From Lachnospiraceae bacterium (GTDB lineage Bacteria > Bacillota > Clostridia > Lachnospirales > Lachnospiraceae), in contig JAZNOO010000002.1 in assembly GCA_045580855.1 (NCBI GenBank), positions 28,896 through 92,895 on the forward strand: a DNA stretch of 64,000 nt, read 5' to 3'. The position numbers were made by a program, and so were the translations under genes. Shown here one piece after another: positions 18,014 to 28,036 of the stretch. Numbering within the stretch: the first letter of the stretch is position 1; the number at the start of each line of letters is the position of its first letter. The notes under the pieces were generated by a model, which made no database searches, was not told the DNA's origin, and was given only the letters and a program-made list of their open reading frames with translations.

Positions 18014-19327
18014 ATGAATAACGACAATAATAATGTGGCAACCAAAGGCCGCGCCATTGCACTGCTTCCAATCGGTGTCTTCCTGGTGCTGTTTCTTGGT
18101 ATGGGTATTGTGACGGGAGATTTCTATAAAACTCCCGCTATTGTATGCTTTTTAATAGCGCTTTTTGTTGCTTTTATGCAGAACCGCAAGGTGAAATTCG
18201 GTGAGAAATTGCAAATCATTGCCAAAGGTGTAGGCGATGAGAACATTATTACAATGTGTTTGATTTTCTTGTGCGCAGGTGCATTTTCCGGTACGGTCAG
18301 TGCTTCGGGCGGTGTGGAAAGTACCGTTAATTTAGGTTTGTCGGTTTTGCCCGCGCCTTTTGCGGTAGCAGGTCTTTTTATCATAGGTTGTTTTATTTCC
18401 GTTTCCATGGGAACTTCCGTGGGAACGGTTGCAGCGTTGACGCCGATTGCAGTAGAAATCAGTAATAAAACAGGGTTCAATATGGCAATTTGCGTGGGCG
18501 CGGTTATGTGCGGCGCCATGTTTGGCGATAACCTTTCCATGATTTCCGATACAACCATTGCGGCGGTTAAAACCCAGGGCTGTAATATGAAGGACAAGTT
18601 TAAGGAGAACTTCCTGATTGTGCTTCCGGCAGCAGTGATTACGCTGATTATTTTCCTTTTACTTACGAGAAACGGAAACTTTGAAGTGGCCGGAGATTTG
18701 GATTATAACTTCTGGAAGGTAGTGCCCTATCTTTTTGTATTAATCGGTGCGTTAATCGGCATTAATGTTTTTATTGTGTTAATCGGCGGTACAGTTTTAT
18801 CTTTGATTGTAGGCGTGGCCACCGGAGCCTTTCCTCTTTCCGATGTGTTTGTGGTAATGGGTAACGGTGTGGTAGGTATGTATGATATCACCGTAATTTC
18901 CATTATTGTTGCCTGCATTGTATCCCTTGTAAAAGAATACGGCGGTATCCAGTTTGTATTAAATGTGATCCGCAAGGGAATTAAGGGGCAGCGCGGTGCG
19001 GAAATCGGTATTGCCGGTCTTGCGCTTGTTGTAGACGCTTGTACCGCAAATAATACGGTAGCCATTGTTATGGCAGGTCCCATTGCCAAAGAAATCAGTG
19101 ATGAAAACGGCATAGACCCGAAGCGTTCGGCGTCGCTTCTGGATATCTTCAGTTCTGTAGGACAGGGTATGATTCCTTACGGCGCACAGCTTTTAACGGC
19201 GGCAACACTGGCTTCCTTATCACCGGTTGAGATTATGCCGTATCTGTATTATCCCGTATTGATGGCGGTAAGTGCGTTGGCATTTATTATCTTCCGTAAA
19301 CGTGAAAAAGTGCAAACAGAGGTATAA
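18014..19327 (+). CDS. NhaC-family transporter (MetT-like, putative methionine uptake)
   Basis: SMGTSVGT, GAMFGDNLSMISDTTIAA, MKDKFKEN, ANNTVAI, IPYGAQLL. Start moved to the ATG after GAGG. Confidence 0.88.
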   Translation: MNNDNNNVATKGRAIALLPIGVFLVLFLGMGIVTGDFYKTPAIVCFLIALFVAFMQNRKVKFGEKLQIIAKGVGDENIITMCLIFLCAGAFSGTVSASGGVESTVNLGLSVLPAPFAVAGLFIIGCFISVSMGTSVGTVAALTPIAVEISNKTGFNMAICVGAVMCGAMFGDNLSMISDTTIAAVKTQGCNMKDKFKENFLIVLPAAVITLIIFLLLTRNGNFEVAGDLDYNFWKVVPYLFVLIGALIGINVFIVLIGGTVLSLIVGVATGAFPLSDVFVVMGNGVVGMYDITVISIIVACIVSLVKEYGGIQFVLNVIRKGIKGQRGAEIGIAGLALVVDACTANNTVAIVMAGPIAKEISDENGIDPKRSASLLDIFSSVGQGMIPYGAQLLTAATLASLSPVEIMPYLYYPVLMAVSALAFIIFRKREKVQTEV

Positions 19328-19349
19328 AAATCATAAACTGACAGCAATT

Positions 19350-19382
19350 AAGAAGATGTGAAGGAGTTCGCATCTTCTTTTT
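19350..19382 (+). terminator. Intrinsic terminator
   Basis: AAGAAGATGTGAA-GGAG-TTCGCATCTTCTTTTT. Confidence 0.8.
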
Positions 19383-19393
19383 ATCTAAAAAAA

Positions 19394-19422
19394 TAGACAA
19401 TGATATCACAATCGTGTATAAT
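19394..19422 (+). promoter_or_regulatory. Sigma-A promoter
   Basis: TAGACA-N17-TATAAT. Confidence 0.7.
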
Positions 19423-19484
19423 GTATCTGTATTTTTATGTACAGAGAAAAATATTTTTTGATATTGGAGATTGAGGGGAAATCC

Positions 19485-20690
19485 ATGATGAAAAATTTTA
19501 AAAAACTGCCGGTGGGCGCAATTGTATTATTACTATCGTTAGTTGCTATAATCGGTTGTTGGATTTATTTGAATGACAGAATTGAGAAAGATTCCAGCAA
19601 TCCGTTTATTTTAGAATTTAATGGCGGTAGGGATGATTCCGTACATGTAGGAATAGAACTTATGCCGGCAAAAAGTTGGATCAATAATGAAGGTGCTGAC
19701 GATGAGACGGTGGGTGCACAGTATGACGGTAAGATTATAAATGGCTATACCAGTGACATTGAAGACTGGAAGTTGGTGATTAAGATGCCTGCGGAAGGTG
19801 TTTTGGACAGTTCCTGGAATGGTACATACGAAGTGAACGGCGAAAGTATTATTTTAACACCGGATGAGAATACAAATATCATACCGGCAGGTGAAGATAA
19901 GACTTTTGGCTTTATTATGATTTCGGACGAACTTCTTGAATTTAGTAAGTTTGAATTTATTGGTTATCGCCAGACTACATACACACAATATACCTTGTTC
20001 TGGGTAATGGTCGCAGCTGCAGGAATATGGGTGGTAGGATTTTTATCGTATTTGATTATTTCCATCCGTGTGAGGGCCTACCAAATACGTAGTGAGAAAG
20101 ATGCCAAAATTATTACTCAGACTATGAGAACCTTTGCCGGAATGATAGATGAAAAAGATCCATATACGAAGGGACATTCCGCAAGAGTTTCCATTTATGC
20201 GCAGGAATTGGGTAAGAGAATGGGACTGAACAAAGAGGAAGTCCGAAATCTTGGATATATTGCATTGATGCACGACTGCGGTAAAATCGGTGTTCCGGAT
20301 GCAGTATTAACCAAGCCGGATAAATTAGAACCGGATGAGCGCAAGGAAATAGAAAAACATACTACTCGAGGCGGTTCGGTATTGGAAAACTTCACTGCGA
20401 TTGAAGGCATCAGAGACGGCGCGTTATATCATCATGAAAGATATGACGGTAAAGGTTATCCTACCGGATTAAAGGGTTCGGATATTCCGCTTTGCGCAAG
20501 AATTATCTGTGTCGCAGATGCGTATGATGCAATGAATTCCGACCGTTGTTACAGACCGAGAATGCCGCGCGAGAAGATTGTAAAAGAATTGGATGATAAC
20601 GCAGGTACTCAGTTTGACCCGAATGTAGTAGCGCATATGCTTTCTATGATTCGTGAAGGGTTCTGTGATAATCCGGCAAAAGGGAAATAA
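19485..20690 (+). CDS. Membrane HD-GYP phosphodiesterase with extracellular CBM2-like domain
   Basis: TM, CBM2-like segment (IEDWKLVI..LDSSWNG..IPAGEDKTFGF), TM, then HD-GYP (DPYTKGHS, HDCGKIG, HHERYDGKGYP). Confidence 0.85.
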   Translation: MMKNFKKLPVGAIVLLLSLVAIIGCWIYLNDRIEKDSSNPFILEFNGGRDDSVHVGIELMPAKSWINNEGADDETVGAQYDGKIINGYTSDIEDWKLVIKMPAEGVLDSSWNGTYEVNGESIILTPDENTNIIPAGEDKTFGFIMISDELLEFSKFEFIGYRQTTYTQYTLFWVMVAAAGIWVVGFLSYLIISIRVRAYQIRSEKDAKIITQTMRTFAGMIDEKDPYTKGHSARVSIYAQELGKRMGLNKEEVRNLGYIALMHDCGKIGVPDAVLTKPDKLEPDERKEIEKHTTRGGSVLENFTAIEGIRDGALYHHERYDGKGYPTGLKGSDIPLCARIICVADAYDAMNSDRCYRPRMPREKIVKELDDNAGTQFDPNVVAHMLSMIREGFCDNPAKGK

Positions 20691-20728
20691 GAATAGCAAA
20701 GATAAAATGATTAGCGGGGGCGAAGGAT

Positions 20729-22210
20729 ATGAAAGTTAGTAAAGTAAAAAGTCCGATGAATGACAACAAAATTTTCAGAATTATGATGATTATGGTATTT
20801 GTCGTTTCGGGTGTCTTTCTGATTAAGAATTTAATCAGTAAAGCATGGATGGCAGCGATTGCTGTAGGTGCTTGTATTCTTGTTTTCACTGTTTTGGCAG
20901 TGGGAATGAAATTACTGAAGATGAAAAAGAGCCGACAGAAATTTGTGATTAGTATCTGTATGATGCTGTTGGTATTTGTTATTTCATTGTTTAGCGGAAA
21001 TTATTACAGTGATGATTTTTGCTTATATTTAGCAGTAATCGGTTTGTCCGGCTTGTTTTTACAACCTAAGATTACACTCGTGCAGATGATTTTGGGCGAT
21101 ATTTTATTAGTGCTACAGTATGTGATTAATCCCGGGAAAGCGGATCCGTTGGGACAGTTTATTATGTGTATTGTCTGCTTCACGGTGGCATGTTTTGTAT
21201 TTTATCTGACGATTAAAAGAGGTCGCGCTTATATTGATTTGGGGCGCAACCGTGCTGACGAAGCAGAGGATTTGATCGTTTCTATGAAGAAGGTCGGTGG
21301 CGACTTACAGGATAATTATGACAAGTCTTCTGAAAGAATCGACAACTTACAGAATGCAAACAGTCTTTTAGAAGCAAGTGCGGCGGAAATCACACAGGGT
21401 TCCATCAATATCTCAAGGGAAGCAAGAGAAGTTGAGTTGGTATGTGATGATGTGCATGCGAGAATGCAATTGACAGAGAATAGCGTTCAGGCTATGAACG
21501 ACGAGGTAAGAGGTGTAGAAGAAGCTTTAGCGGATAACCGTGAAAATATGGTGACTATGTCAGAGCAGATGGGTTCCGTAAAGACTGCTATTGAATCCGC
21601 AAACGAAGTATTCTCATTGTTAGAAGCACAGATTAAAGAAATTTATGCAGTTACGGAGCAACTTAATAAAATCGCAGCAAGTACCAATATGTTGGCATTG
21701 AATGCCTCCATTGAAGCTGCGAGAGCGGGTCATACAGGTGCCGGTTTTGCGGTAGTTGCCTCCAAGGTACAGGCTTTGGCGGTGGACAGTAACAGATGTT
21801 CCGGTGAAGTGGCAGGCGTCGTTAAGGTGATGCAGGAGCGTATTGAAGAAACGGTGGAACAGTTGGCAGACAGTACTGCAGCAATTGATGATTCTATGCG
21901 CGCCATGAATGAATTGGAAGAAAGCTTCGACAGTCTTACAGATAAATTTGAAGGCTTGTACGGTAACATTAACGACCAGAATGAGAATATTGCACAGATG
22001 GACAGTATTTTCGGTGAGTTAAAAGGTAAAATCGTGGGTATGAGCGAATATTCCGAAGAGAATCAGCGCACAGTAGAGAATATGACCGAAGCTATGAACG
22101 TTTATCGTGAAAGCATGGGACAGGTTGTGGAAGATGCAAAACAGATTCAGGAATTGTCAGCATCTATGCTGGACATTACACATGAATCCCATTATATTGA
22201 AGAAGATTAG
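20729..22210 (+). CDS. Methyl-accepting chemotaxis protein with polytopic membrane sensor
   Basis: TNMLALNASIEAARAGHTGAGFAVVA signalling hairpin; about 6 N-terminal TMs. Confidence 0.95.
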   Translation: MKVSKVKSPMNDNKIFRIMMIMVFVVSGVFLIKNLISKAWMAAIAVGACILVFTVLAVGMKLLKMKKSRQKFVISICMMLLVFVISLFSGNYYSDDFCLYLAVIGLSGLFLQPKITLVQMILGDILLVLQYVINPGKADPLGQFIMCIVCFTVACFVFYLTIKRGRAYIDLGRNRADEAEDLIVSMKKVGGDLQDNYDKSSERIDNLQNANSLLEASAAEITQGSINISREAREVELVCDDVHARMQLTENSVQAMNDEVRGVEEALADNRENMVTMSEQMGSVKTAIESANEVFSLLEAQIKEIYAVTEQLNKIAASTNMLALNASIEAARAGHTGAGFAVVASKVQALAVDSNRCSGEVAGVVKVMQERIEETVEQLADSTAAIDDSMRAMNELEESFDSLTDKFEGLYGNINDQNENIAQMDSIFGELKGKIVGMSEYSEENQRTVENMTEAMNVYRESMGQVVEDAKQIQELSASMLDITHESHYIEED

Positions 22211-22275
22211 TACAACGCATCATATGAAAGCTTTTGCGCGTAATTTAAATATTTACAGAACGTTTTGTAATTGTA

Positions 22276-22312
22276 AAAAACACCCACATGGTGATTGCCG
22301 GTGGGTGTTTTT
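22276..22312 (+). terminator. Intrinsic terminator
   Basis: AAAAACACCCAC...GTGGGTGTTTTT. Confidence 0.8.
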
Positions 22313-22334
22313 AGAAAGAAAGAGGTAATAATAA

Positions 22335-22637
22335 ATGGTAAAGCACGTAATTTTATGGCAGTTGAAGGATGAACTTTCAGCAGAAGAGAAGAACAATGTA
22401 AAGAAGGGAATCAAAGAAGGCTTGGAAGGTCTTGCAGGCAAAATTCCCGGCTTATTGGAAATAAAGGTACAGATTGAAGGTCTTGCATCTTCCAATGCAG
22501 ACGTTATGTTGGATTCATCTTTTACGGATGAAGAAGCTTTGAAGGGATACGCAGTGCACCCTGAGCATGTAGCGGTTGCTGATGGCAAAGTGCGCCCTTA
22601 TACAAAGACAAGAGCTTGCCTAGATTACGAGGTATAG
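22335..22637 (+). CDS. Dabb family stress-responsive A/B barrel protein
   Basis: MVKHVILW, IPGL, Y..HPEH, DYE. Confidence 0.9.
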   Translation: MVKHVILWQLKDELSAEEKNNVKKGIKEGLEGLAGKIPGLLEIKVQIEGLASSNADVMLDSSFTDEEALKGYAVHPEHVAVADGKVRPYTKTRACLDYEV

Positions 22638-22717
22638 AGAAATTAAATATTAAGATAGATGCAACTATTCGACATAAAAGTGTAGCAACGGAGAATAGTG
22701 TGAAAAAGAGGAGCAAT

Positions 22718-23884
22718 ATGAGTAAAGTAGAAATTACAGATAAAATTTTATATGTGGGTGTCAATGACAGGGATATTGATTTGTTCGAAGGTCAGTACGT
22801 AGTGCCGGAAGGTGTTTCCTACAATTCTTATTTGATTATGGATGAAAAGGTTGTCCTTATGGATACGGTGGATGCCCGCAAGAGTGAGGAGTGGCTTGCA
22901 AATATCAAGGTGGTTCTCGGCACGAGGCAGCCGGATTACCTGGTGGTTTCCCATATGGAGCCTGACCACGCCGGAAGCATTGCTACAGTGGCGGAAGAGT
23001 TTCCGGATATGAAAATCGTGGGCAACGCCAAGACTTTTACTTTTATGGGTCAGTTCTTTGATTTTGACATTGATTCGAAAAAGGTGGTTGTGGCAGAAGG
23101 TGATGAATTATCCCTTGGTAAGCACAACCTGAAATTTATTATGGCGCCTATGGTGCATTGGCCGGAAGTTATGATGACTTACGAAACAAGCGAGAAGATT
23201 CTGTTCTCGGCAGACGGTTTCGGTAAATTCGGTGCACTAGATGCCGAAGAAGACTGGGCTTGCGAGGCGAGAAGATATTACTTCAACATTGTAGGTAAGT
23301 ACGGCGCGCAGGTGCAGGCGGTATTAAAGAAACTTGCAGGCGCGGAAGTGAATGCAATTTGCCCGCTTCACGGACCTGTTTTAAAAGAAAATCTTTCTTA
23401 CTATATTGGCTTGTATGATACTTGGAGTTCCTACAGACCGGAAGACGAAGGCGTGCTTGTGGCATATGCGTCCATCTACGGAAATACTGCAGGGGCTGCG
23501 AAGCAGATTGCTGAAATGTTAAAAGAAAAAGGAGCAAAGAAGGTGGCAATTACCGACCTTGCCAGAGATGATATGGCTGAGGCGATTGAGGATGCGTTTC
23601 GTTATGATAAAATGGTTCTTGCATGTTCCACTTACGACGGTGGTATTTTCCCTTGTATGGAAGACTTCCTATCTCATCTTAAGGCAAAGAATTACCAGAA
23701 GAGAACCGTTGCCTTGATTGAGAACGGAACCTGGGCACCGATGGCAGGAAAAAAGATGCGCGAGATTCTGGAAGGAATGAAGGATGTAAAGGTGCTTGAA
23801 AACACAGTTACAATCCGTTCCGCAGTGAAGGCAGATACCGTAAGCGCGTTGGACAAGCTGGCGGACGAAGTAATCAATGCGTAA
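22718..23884 (+). CDS. fprA: Flavodiiron protein (FprA, A-type flavoprotein)
   Basis: GVSYNSYLI, SHMEPDH, HWPE, FSADGFG, and flavodoxin YASIYGNT. Start moved to the ATG after GAGGAG. Confidence 0.93.
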   Translation: MSKVEITDKILYVGVNDRDIDLFEGQYVVPEGVSYNSYLIMDEKVVLMDTVDARKSEEWLANIKVVLGTRQPDYLVVSHMEPDHAGSIATVAEEFPDMKIVGNAKTFTFMGQFFDFDIDSKKVVVAEGDELSLGKHNLKFIMAPMVHWPEVMMTYETSEKILFSADGFGKFGALDAEEDWACEARRYYFNIVGKYGAQVQAVLKKLAGAEVNAICPLHGPVLKENLSYYIGLYDTWSSYRPEDEGVLVAYASIYGNTAGAAKQIAEMLKEKGAKKVAITDLARDDMAEAIEDAFRYDKMVLACSTYDGGIFPCMEDFLSHLKAKNYQKRTVALIENGTWAPMAGKKMREILEGMKDVKVLENTVTIRSAVKADTVSALDKLADEVINA

Positions 23885-23904
23885 AGAAGAAAGGACGGCC
23901 TACT

Positions 23905-25140
23905 ATGGACAGAGTGATTTTTCATATCGACGTGAACAATGCTTTCTTGTCCTGGGAGGCCGTTTATCGTTTGGAGCAGGGGATTGCGGGTCCGGATTTG
24001 CGTACCATCGCCTGTGCTGTGGGCGGAGACATTGAGAAGCGCCACGGCGTTATTCTGGCGAAATCTCCGGAAGCAAAGAAATATAAGGTGCAGACCGGTG
24101 AACCCATTACAGATGCATTGAAGAAGTGTCCCAACCTTTTAATCATACCGCCTACGCACGATATTTATCCCAAGTATTCCAAGGCCTTTGTGGATATTTT
24201 GCATAAATATTCCGACAAGGTGGAACAGGTCAGCGTAGACGAAGCTTTTATGGATATGACGGGGATGGAGAAACTTTTTGGCGAGCCTTTGGTTGTGGCA
24301 GAGCGGATTAAAAGTGAAATCTATGATACCCTGGGTTTTACCGTAAACGTAGGAATTTCTTCCTGTAAAATCCTTGCGAAAATGGCAAGTGATTTCCAGA
24401 AGCCGAATAAAATACATACCTTATTTCCAAGTGAAATACAAAGTAAAATGTGGCCATTGCCGGTAGGGGATTTATTCTCCGTAGGTAAGGCTTCGGTGAA
24501 GAAATTAAATTCCATGGGGATTTTAACCATCGGAGATTTAGCAAATACGGACCCGGAGATTTTAAAAGGTCATTTAAAGAAACACGGGGAATGTATCTGG
24601 CGGTTTGCCAACGGATATGACGACACCCCGGTGGAGCCTGTGCCGGCAGAAAATAAGGGATATGGTAATTCCACAACTCTGCCTGCGGATGTGACGGAAG
24701 CAGCAGAGGCGAAGAAAATCCTTTTGTCCCTTTCCGAGAAGGTAGGAAGGCGATTGCGGGAGGATGAGGCACGTATCGAGGTAGTAAGCGTGGGAATCCG
24801 TTTCTTTGATTTGAGCAATATTTCCCATCAGATGGTGTTAACGTCGCCTACCAATATTACGGCGGAAATACATAATGCGACTTGCAAGCTGTTTGATGAA
24901 ATGTGGGACGGGACGCCGATTCGTCTGCTGGCGGTACAGACCGGCAGGGTAACTCACGGCGAGAGCAACCGGCAGATGAGTCTTTTTGACAACACGGATT
25001 ATGAGAAGTTGGAGAAGCTTGATAAGGCGATTGATGATATCCGTAAAAAGTTCGGCAGCGACGCGGTTTGTCGCGCGGCTTTCGTGGAGAACGCGGGGAG
25101 CGGGAAGCGGCGTGCCGATAATGAAGGCGTAAGCAGGTAA
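23905..25140 (+). CDS. dinB: DNA polymerase IV
   Basis: HIDVNNAF, SVDEAFMD, AKMASD..KP, and clamp-binding motif QMSLF. Confidence 0.93.
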   Translation: MDRVIFHIDVNNAFLSWEAVYRLEQGIAGPDLRTIACAVGGDIEKRHGVILAKSPEAKKYKVQTGEPITDALKKCPNLLIIPPTHDIYPKYSKAFVDILHKYSDKVEQVSVDEAFMDMTGMEKLFGEPLVVAERIKSEIYDTLGFTVNVGISSCKILAKMASDFQKPNKIHTLFPSEIQSKMWPLPVGDLFSVGKASVKKLNSMGILTIGDLANTDPEILKGHLKKHGECIWRFANGYDDTPVEPVPAENKGYGNSTTLPADVTEAAEAKKILLSLSEKVGRRLREDEARIEVVSVGIRFFDLSNISHQMVLTSPTNITAEIHNATCKLFDEMWDGTPIRLLAVQTGRVTHGESNRQMSLFDNTDYEKLEKLDKAIDDIRKKFGSDAVCRAAFVENAGSGKRRADNEGVSR

Positions 25141-25156
25141 GAGCACGAAGAAAAAC

Positions 25157-26341
25157 GTGAGAAGGACGCAGGAAAGAATTCAAGAAGCAAAAAGAAAAAA
25201 TTACGAAGGAACTCGAGATAAAAGCAAGAAGAGCAAACAACAAATTAAAACTATGAATCACAAAAAGATGTTTCTTCAAGTGAATAGCATTTTGTTCGCA
25301 ACGGTTTTTATGCTTATGGCATTTATAACTGTCTTTTTGTTGTGGAATAAAAGTGTGGTGGCCGAAGAGCCGAGAACGGAGGCCTGCTTTGATGTGGAAG
25401 CAGGCGTTGCGTCATTAATGGAGATGGATGATGAACCGGCAGATAAGTGGGCGACGGTAAGAATTACGCCGGAAGAAGCACTTTACGGCGCAAATATTGA
25501 GGTTCTGTCGGAAGAAGGGCGGCTTTGGAAAGAGATAGAAGGAAAAGTAGGGAATGTTGCTATGGCTGTGGCCAGCAATTATGTTTATGTCCGAAGCGAT
25601 GCAAGCACATCATCGGAGATTTTGGGGAAGGCTTACGGTGATTCGGTGGTAACCATCGTAGGAGAAAAGCCGGATGAAGAAGATCTTTGGTACGAAATTG
25701 AATCCGGTGGAATTAAAGGTTATATTCGTTCCGATTTGTTGGTAACGGGTGAGGATTTGGCCGTGCTTATCATGAACGGAGAAGTGGACCGGACGTATAT
25801 TGAAACTCCGGAGCAGTGGGAAGATGTTCTGTCGAAGGAAGAGGAAGAACGCCTGGCGAAAGAGCAGCAGGCGCAACGAGAAGCAGAGCTTGCCCGCATG
25901 GAAGCAGAGCGACAGGCGGCAATGCAAAACAGCAGTGCGACGGAAGAAGCCAAGGAAGCGGCTACGGGAGGCGATACGTCTCTGCTCCGTCAGCAGATTG
26001 TGGATTATTCAATGCAGTTTCTTGGGAATTGTTATATCAATGGCGGCACCTCTCTTTCGGGTGGTACGGATTGTTCGGGCTTTACCTGTTTTATCTACAA
26101 GGATTTTGGTTACACCATTGACCGTACGCCTGCGGGGCAGTATAACAATGCCGGTCGAACCATTTCCTACAGTGAGATTCGTCCCGGCGATATTATCTGC
26201 TACGGTAACGGCAAGTGCACCCACGTGGCGCTTTATATTGGCAACGGGCAGATTATCCATTCGGCAAATTCCCGCAAGGGCGTGGTAATTTACGAGGCGG
26301 ACTATGATAACATTATGGCCGTGAAGAGCATTTTAGATTAA
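25157..26341 (+). CDS. NlpC/P60 cell-wall peptidase with SH3b domain (start uncertain)
   Basis: TM; VYVRS..WYEIESGGIKGYI (SH3b); DCSGFT, PGDII, HVALYIGNG..IH. Confidence 0.9.
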   Translation: MRRTQERIQEAKRKNYEGTRDKSKKSKQQIKTMNHKKMFLQVNSILFATVFMLMAFITVFLLWNKSVVAEEPRTEACFDVEAGVASLMEMDDEPADKWATVRITPEEALYGANIEVLSEEGRLWKEIEGKVGNVAMAVASNYVYVRSDASTSSEILGKAYGDSVVTIVGEKPDEEDLWYEIESGGIKGYIRSDLLVTGEDLAVLIMNGEVDRTYIETPEQWEDVLSKEEEERLAKEQQAQREAELARMEAERQAAMQNSSATEEAKEAATGGDTSLLRQQIVDYSMQFLGNCYINGGTSLSGGTDCSGFTCFIYKDFGYTIDRTPAGQYNNAGRTISYSEIRPGDIICYGNGKCTHVALYIGNGQIIHSANSRKGVVIYEADYDNIMAVKSILD

Positions 26342-26420
26342 CAGATTCGGAATATAAAAGACAAAGCATTTTAGATAAAAGAAAAATTTCGAAAACGGTA
26401 TATCTTGAAAAGAGGAAAAA

Positions 26421-27842
26421 ATGAATTTACCCCAGGATTTTACGAAGCGCATGCAAGACCTTTTGGGCAAAGAATTCGAGGCTTTTATCCGGTCGTATGA
26501 CAGGGAGTCTTTCGTTGGCTTGCGCGCAAATACGCTTAAAATAAAATATGATGATTTTACGGATCAGATGTCTTTTACCCTGACGCCGGTGCCCTGGTGC
26601 AAGACCGGTTTCTACTACGAGAAGGATGAGCGTCCCGGGAAGCACGTGTATCACGAGATGGGACTTTATTATATGCAGGAGCCTTCGGCGATGTCCGTAG
26701 CGGAGCTTGCGGATGTAAAGCCAGGTGAACGTGTTCTTGATTTGTGCGCGGCGCCCGGCGGTAAAAGTACCCAGCTGGCAGCAGCGATGCAGGGCGAGGG
26801 CATTCTTGTAAGCAATGAAATCCATCCGGCGCGATGTAAAATTTTATCCCAGAATATCGAGCGTATGGGCATTCGCAATGCAGTGGTGACCAATGAAACA
26901 CCCCAGGGGCTGGCGGTGCATTTTATGAACTGGTTTGACTGTATCGTGGTGGATGCGCCCTGTTCCGGGGAAGGAATGTTTCGTAAGGACGAGGAGGCTG
27001 TGAACCAGTGGTCCTTGGGGAATGTTGCGATGTGCGCCGAAAGGCAGGATGAGATTCTGGATGAGGCGGTTAAAATGCTTGCCTCCGGCGGAAGAATCGT
27101 GTACTCAACCTGTACCTTTGCACCGGCGGAAGATGAGGCGTGTGTGCATCGTTTCCTGGAAAGATACCCTGATTTTACAGTGGTAAAAGGAAACGGATAT
27201 GAGGGCTTTGCGCAAGGTAATCCTGCCTGGGCAGAGGATGACGAAAGAGTGAAGGATACTCATCGTTTATGGCCCCATAAAATAAACGGCGAGGGGCATT
27301 TTGCGGCTCTCCTTGTGCACAAGGGCGAGAAGATTCCGGAAATCAGTGCGCAGGAGCAAGAGCCGGGCGGTAAATTTGCCACCGCATCAGCTATAAATAG
27401 CAAGAATAAAAGCAAAAAGAACGCAAAGGTTTTGGACCGGGAACAGGAACAGCTTTATTCGGATTTTATTAAAGATGCATTGCTGGAAGAACTCACAGGC
27501 GAGAAGGTATTGTTTGGCGATGCCTTATATATGATGCCTTGCGAAATGAATTTAAAAGGACTTAAGGTGTTGCGCCCGGGCCTGCATTTAGGAACCTTCG
27601 AGAAGAAGCGTTTTGAGCCTTCCCATTCTTTGGCGCTGGCATTGAAGCCTGAGGACGTGAAGAGAAGTCATAATCTTACAACCGCTGATGACGGTCCGGA
27701 GCGTTATTTGCGCGGAGAGTCTTTGGTGACGGACGAAGGAAAGGGATGGACCTTGGTTTGCGTGGACGGATATTCCGCAGGCTGGGGAAAGGTCAGCAAT
27801 GGCATGTTAAAGAATCATTATCCCAAGGGATTGAGAAGATAA
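26421..27842 (+). CDS. rsmF: 16S rRNA m5C methyltransferase (RsmF/NOL1-NOP2-Sun family)
   Basis: QEPSAM, LDLCAAPGGKS, VDAPCSGEGMFRK, YSTCT, KNHYPKGLR. Confidence 0.92.
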   Translation: MNLPQDFTKRMQDLLGKEFEAFIRSYDRESFVGLRANTLKIKYDDFTDQMSFTLTPVPWCKTGFYYEKDERPGKHVYHEMGLYYMQEPSAMSVAELADVKPGERVLDLCAAPGGKSTQLAAAMQGEGILVSNEIHPARCKILSQNIERMGIRNAVVTNETPQGLAVHFMNWFDCIVVDAPCSGEGMFRKDEEAVNQWSLGNVAMCAERQDEILDEAVKMLASGGRIVYSTCTFAPAEDEACVHRFLERYPDFTVVKGNGYEGFAQGNPAWAEDDERVKDTHRLWPHKINGEGHFAALLVHKGEKIPEISAQEQEPGGKFATASAINSKNKSKKNAKVLDREQEQLYSDFIKDALLEELTGEKVLFGDALYMMPCEMNLKGLKVLRPGLHLGTFEKKRFEPSHSLALALKPEDVKRSHNLTTADDGPERYLRGESLVTDEGKGWTLVCVDGYSAGWGKVSNGMLKNHYPKGLRR

Positions 27843-28036
27843 AAGCTGTAAAGACCCTTTTATAAGGGAGTTTTTAGCGTGTTAAAGCGGTAATTCAATG
27901 ATTTTACTTGCCGAATGACAAGAATAAGGGTATGATATAAAATGAGGTTTTAAGCGGGAGTGGGGAAAGTGTGCCCTTTTGCCGTTTAAAAACTTTGTAT
28001 AAGAAAATATGTGAGAAACATATTCGGAGGCTACAG

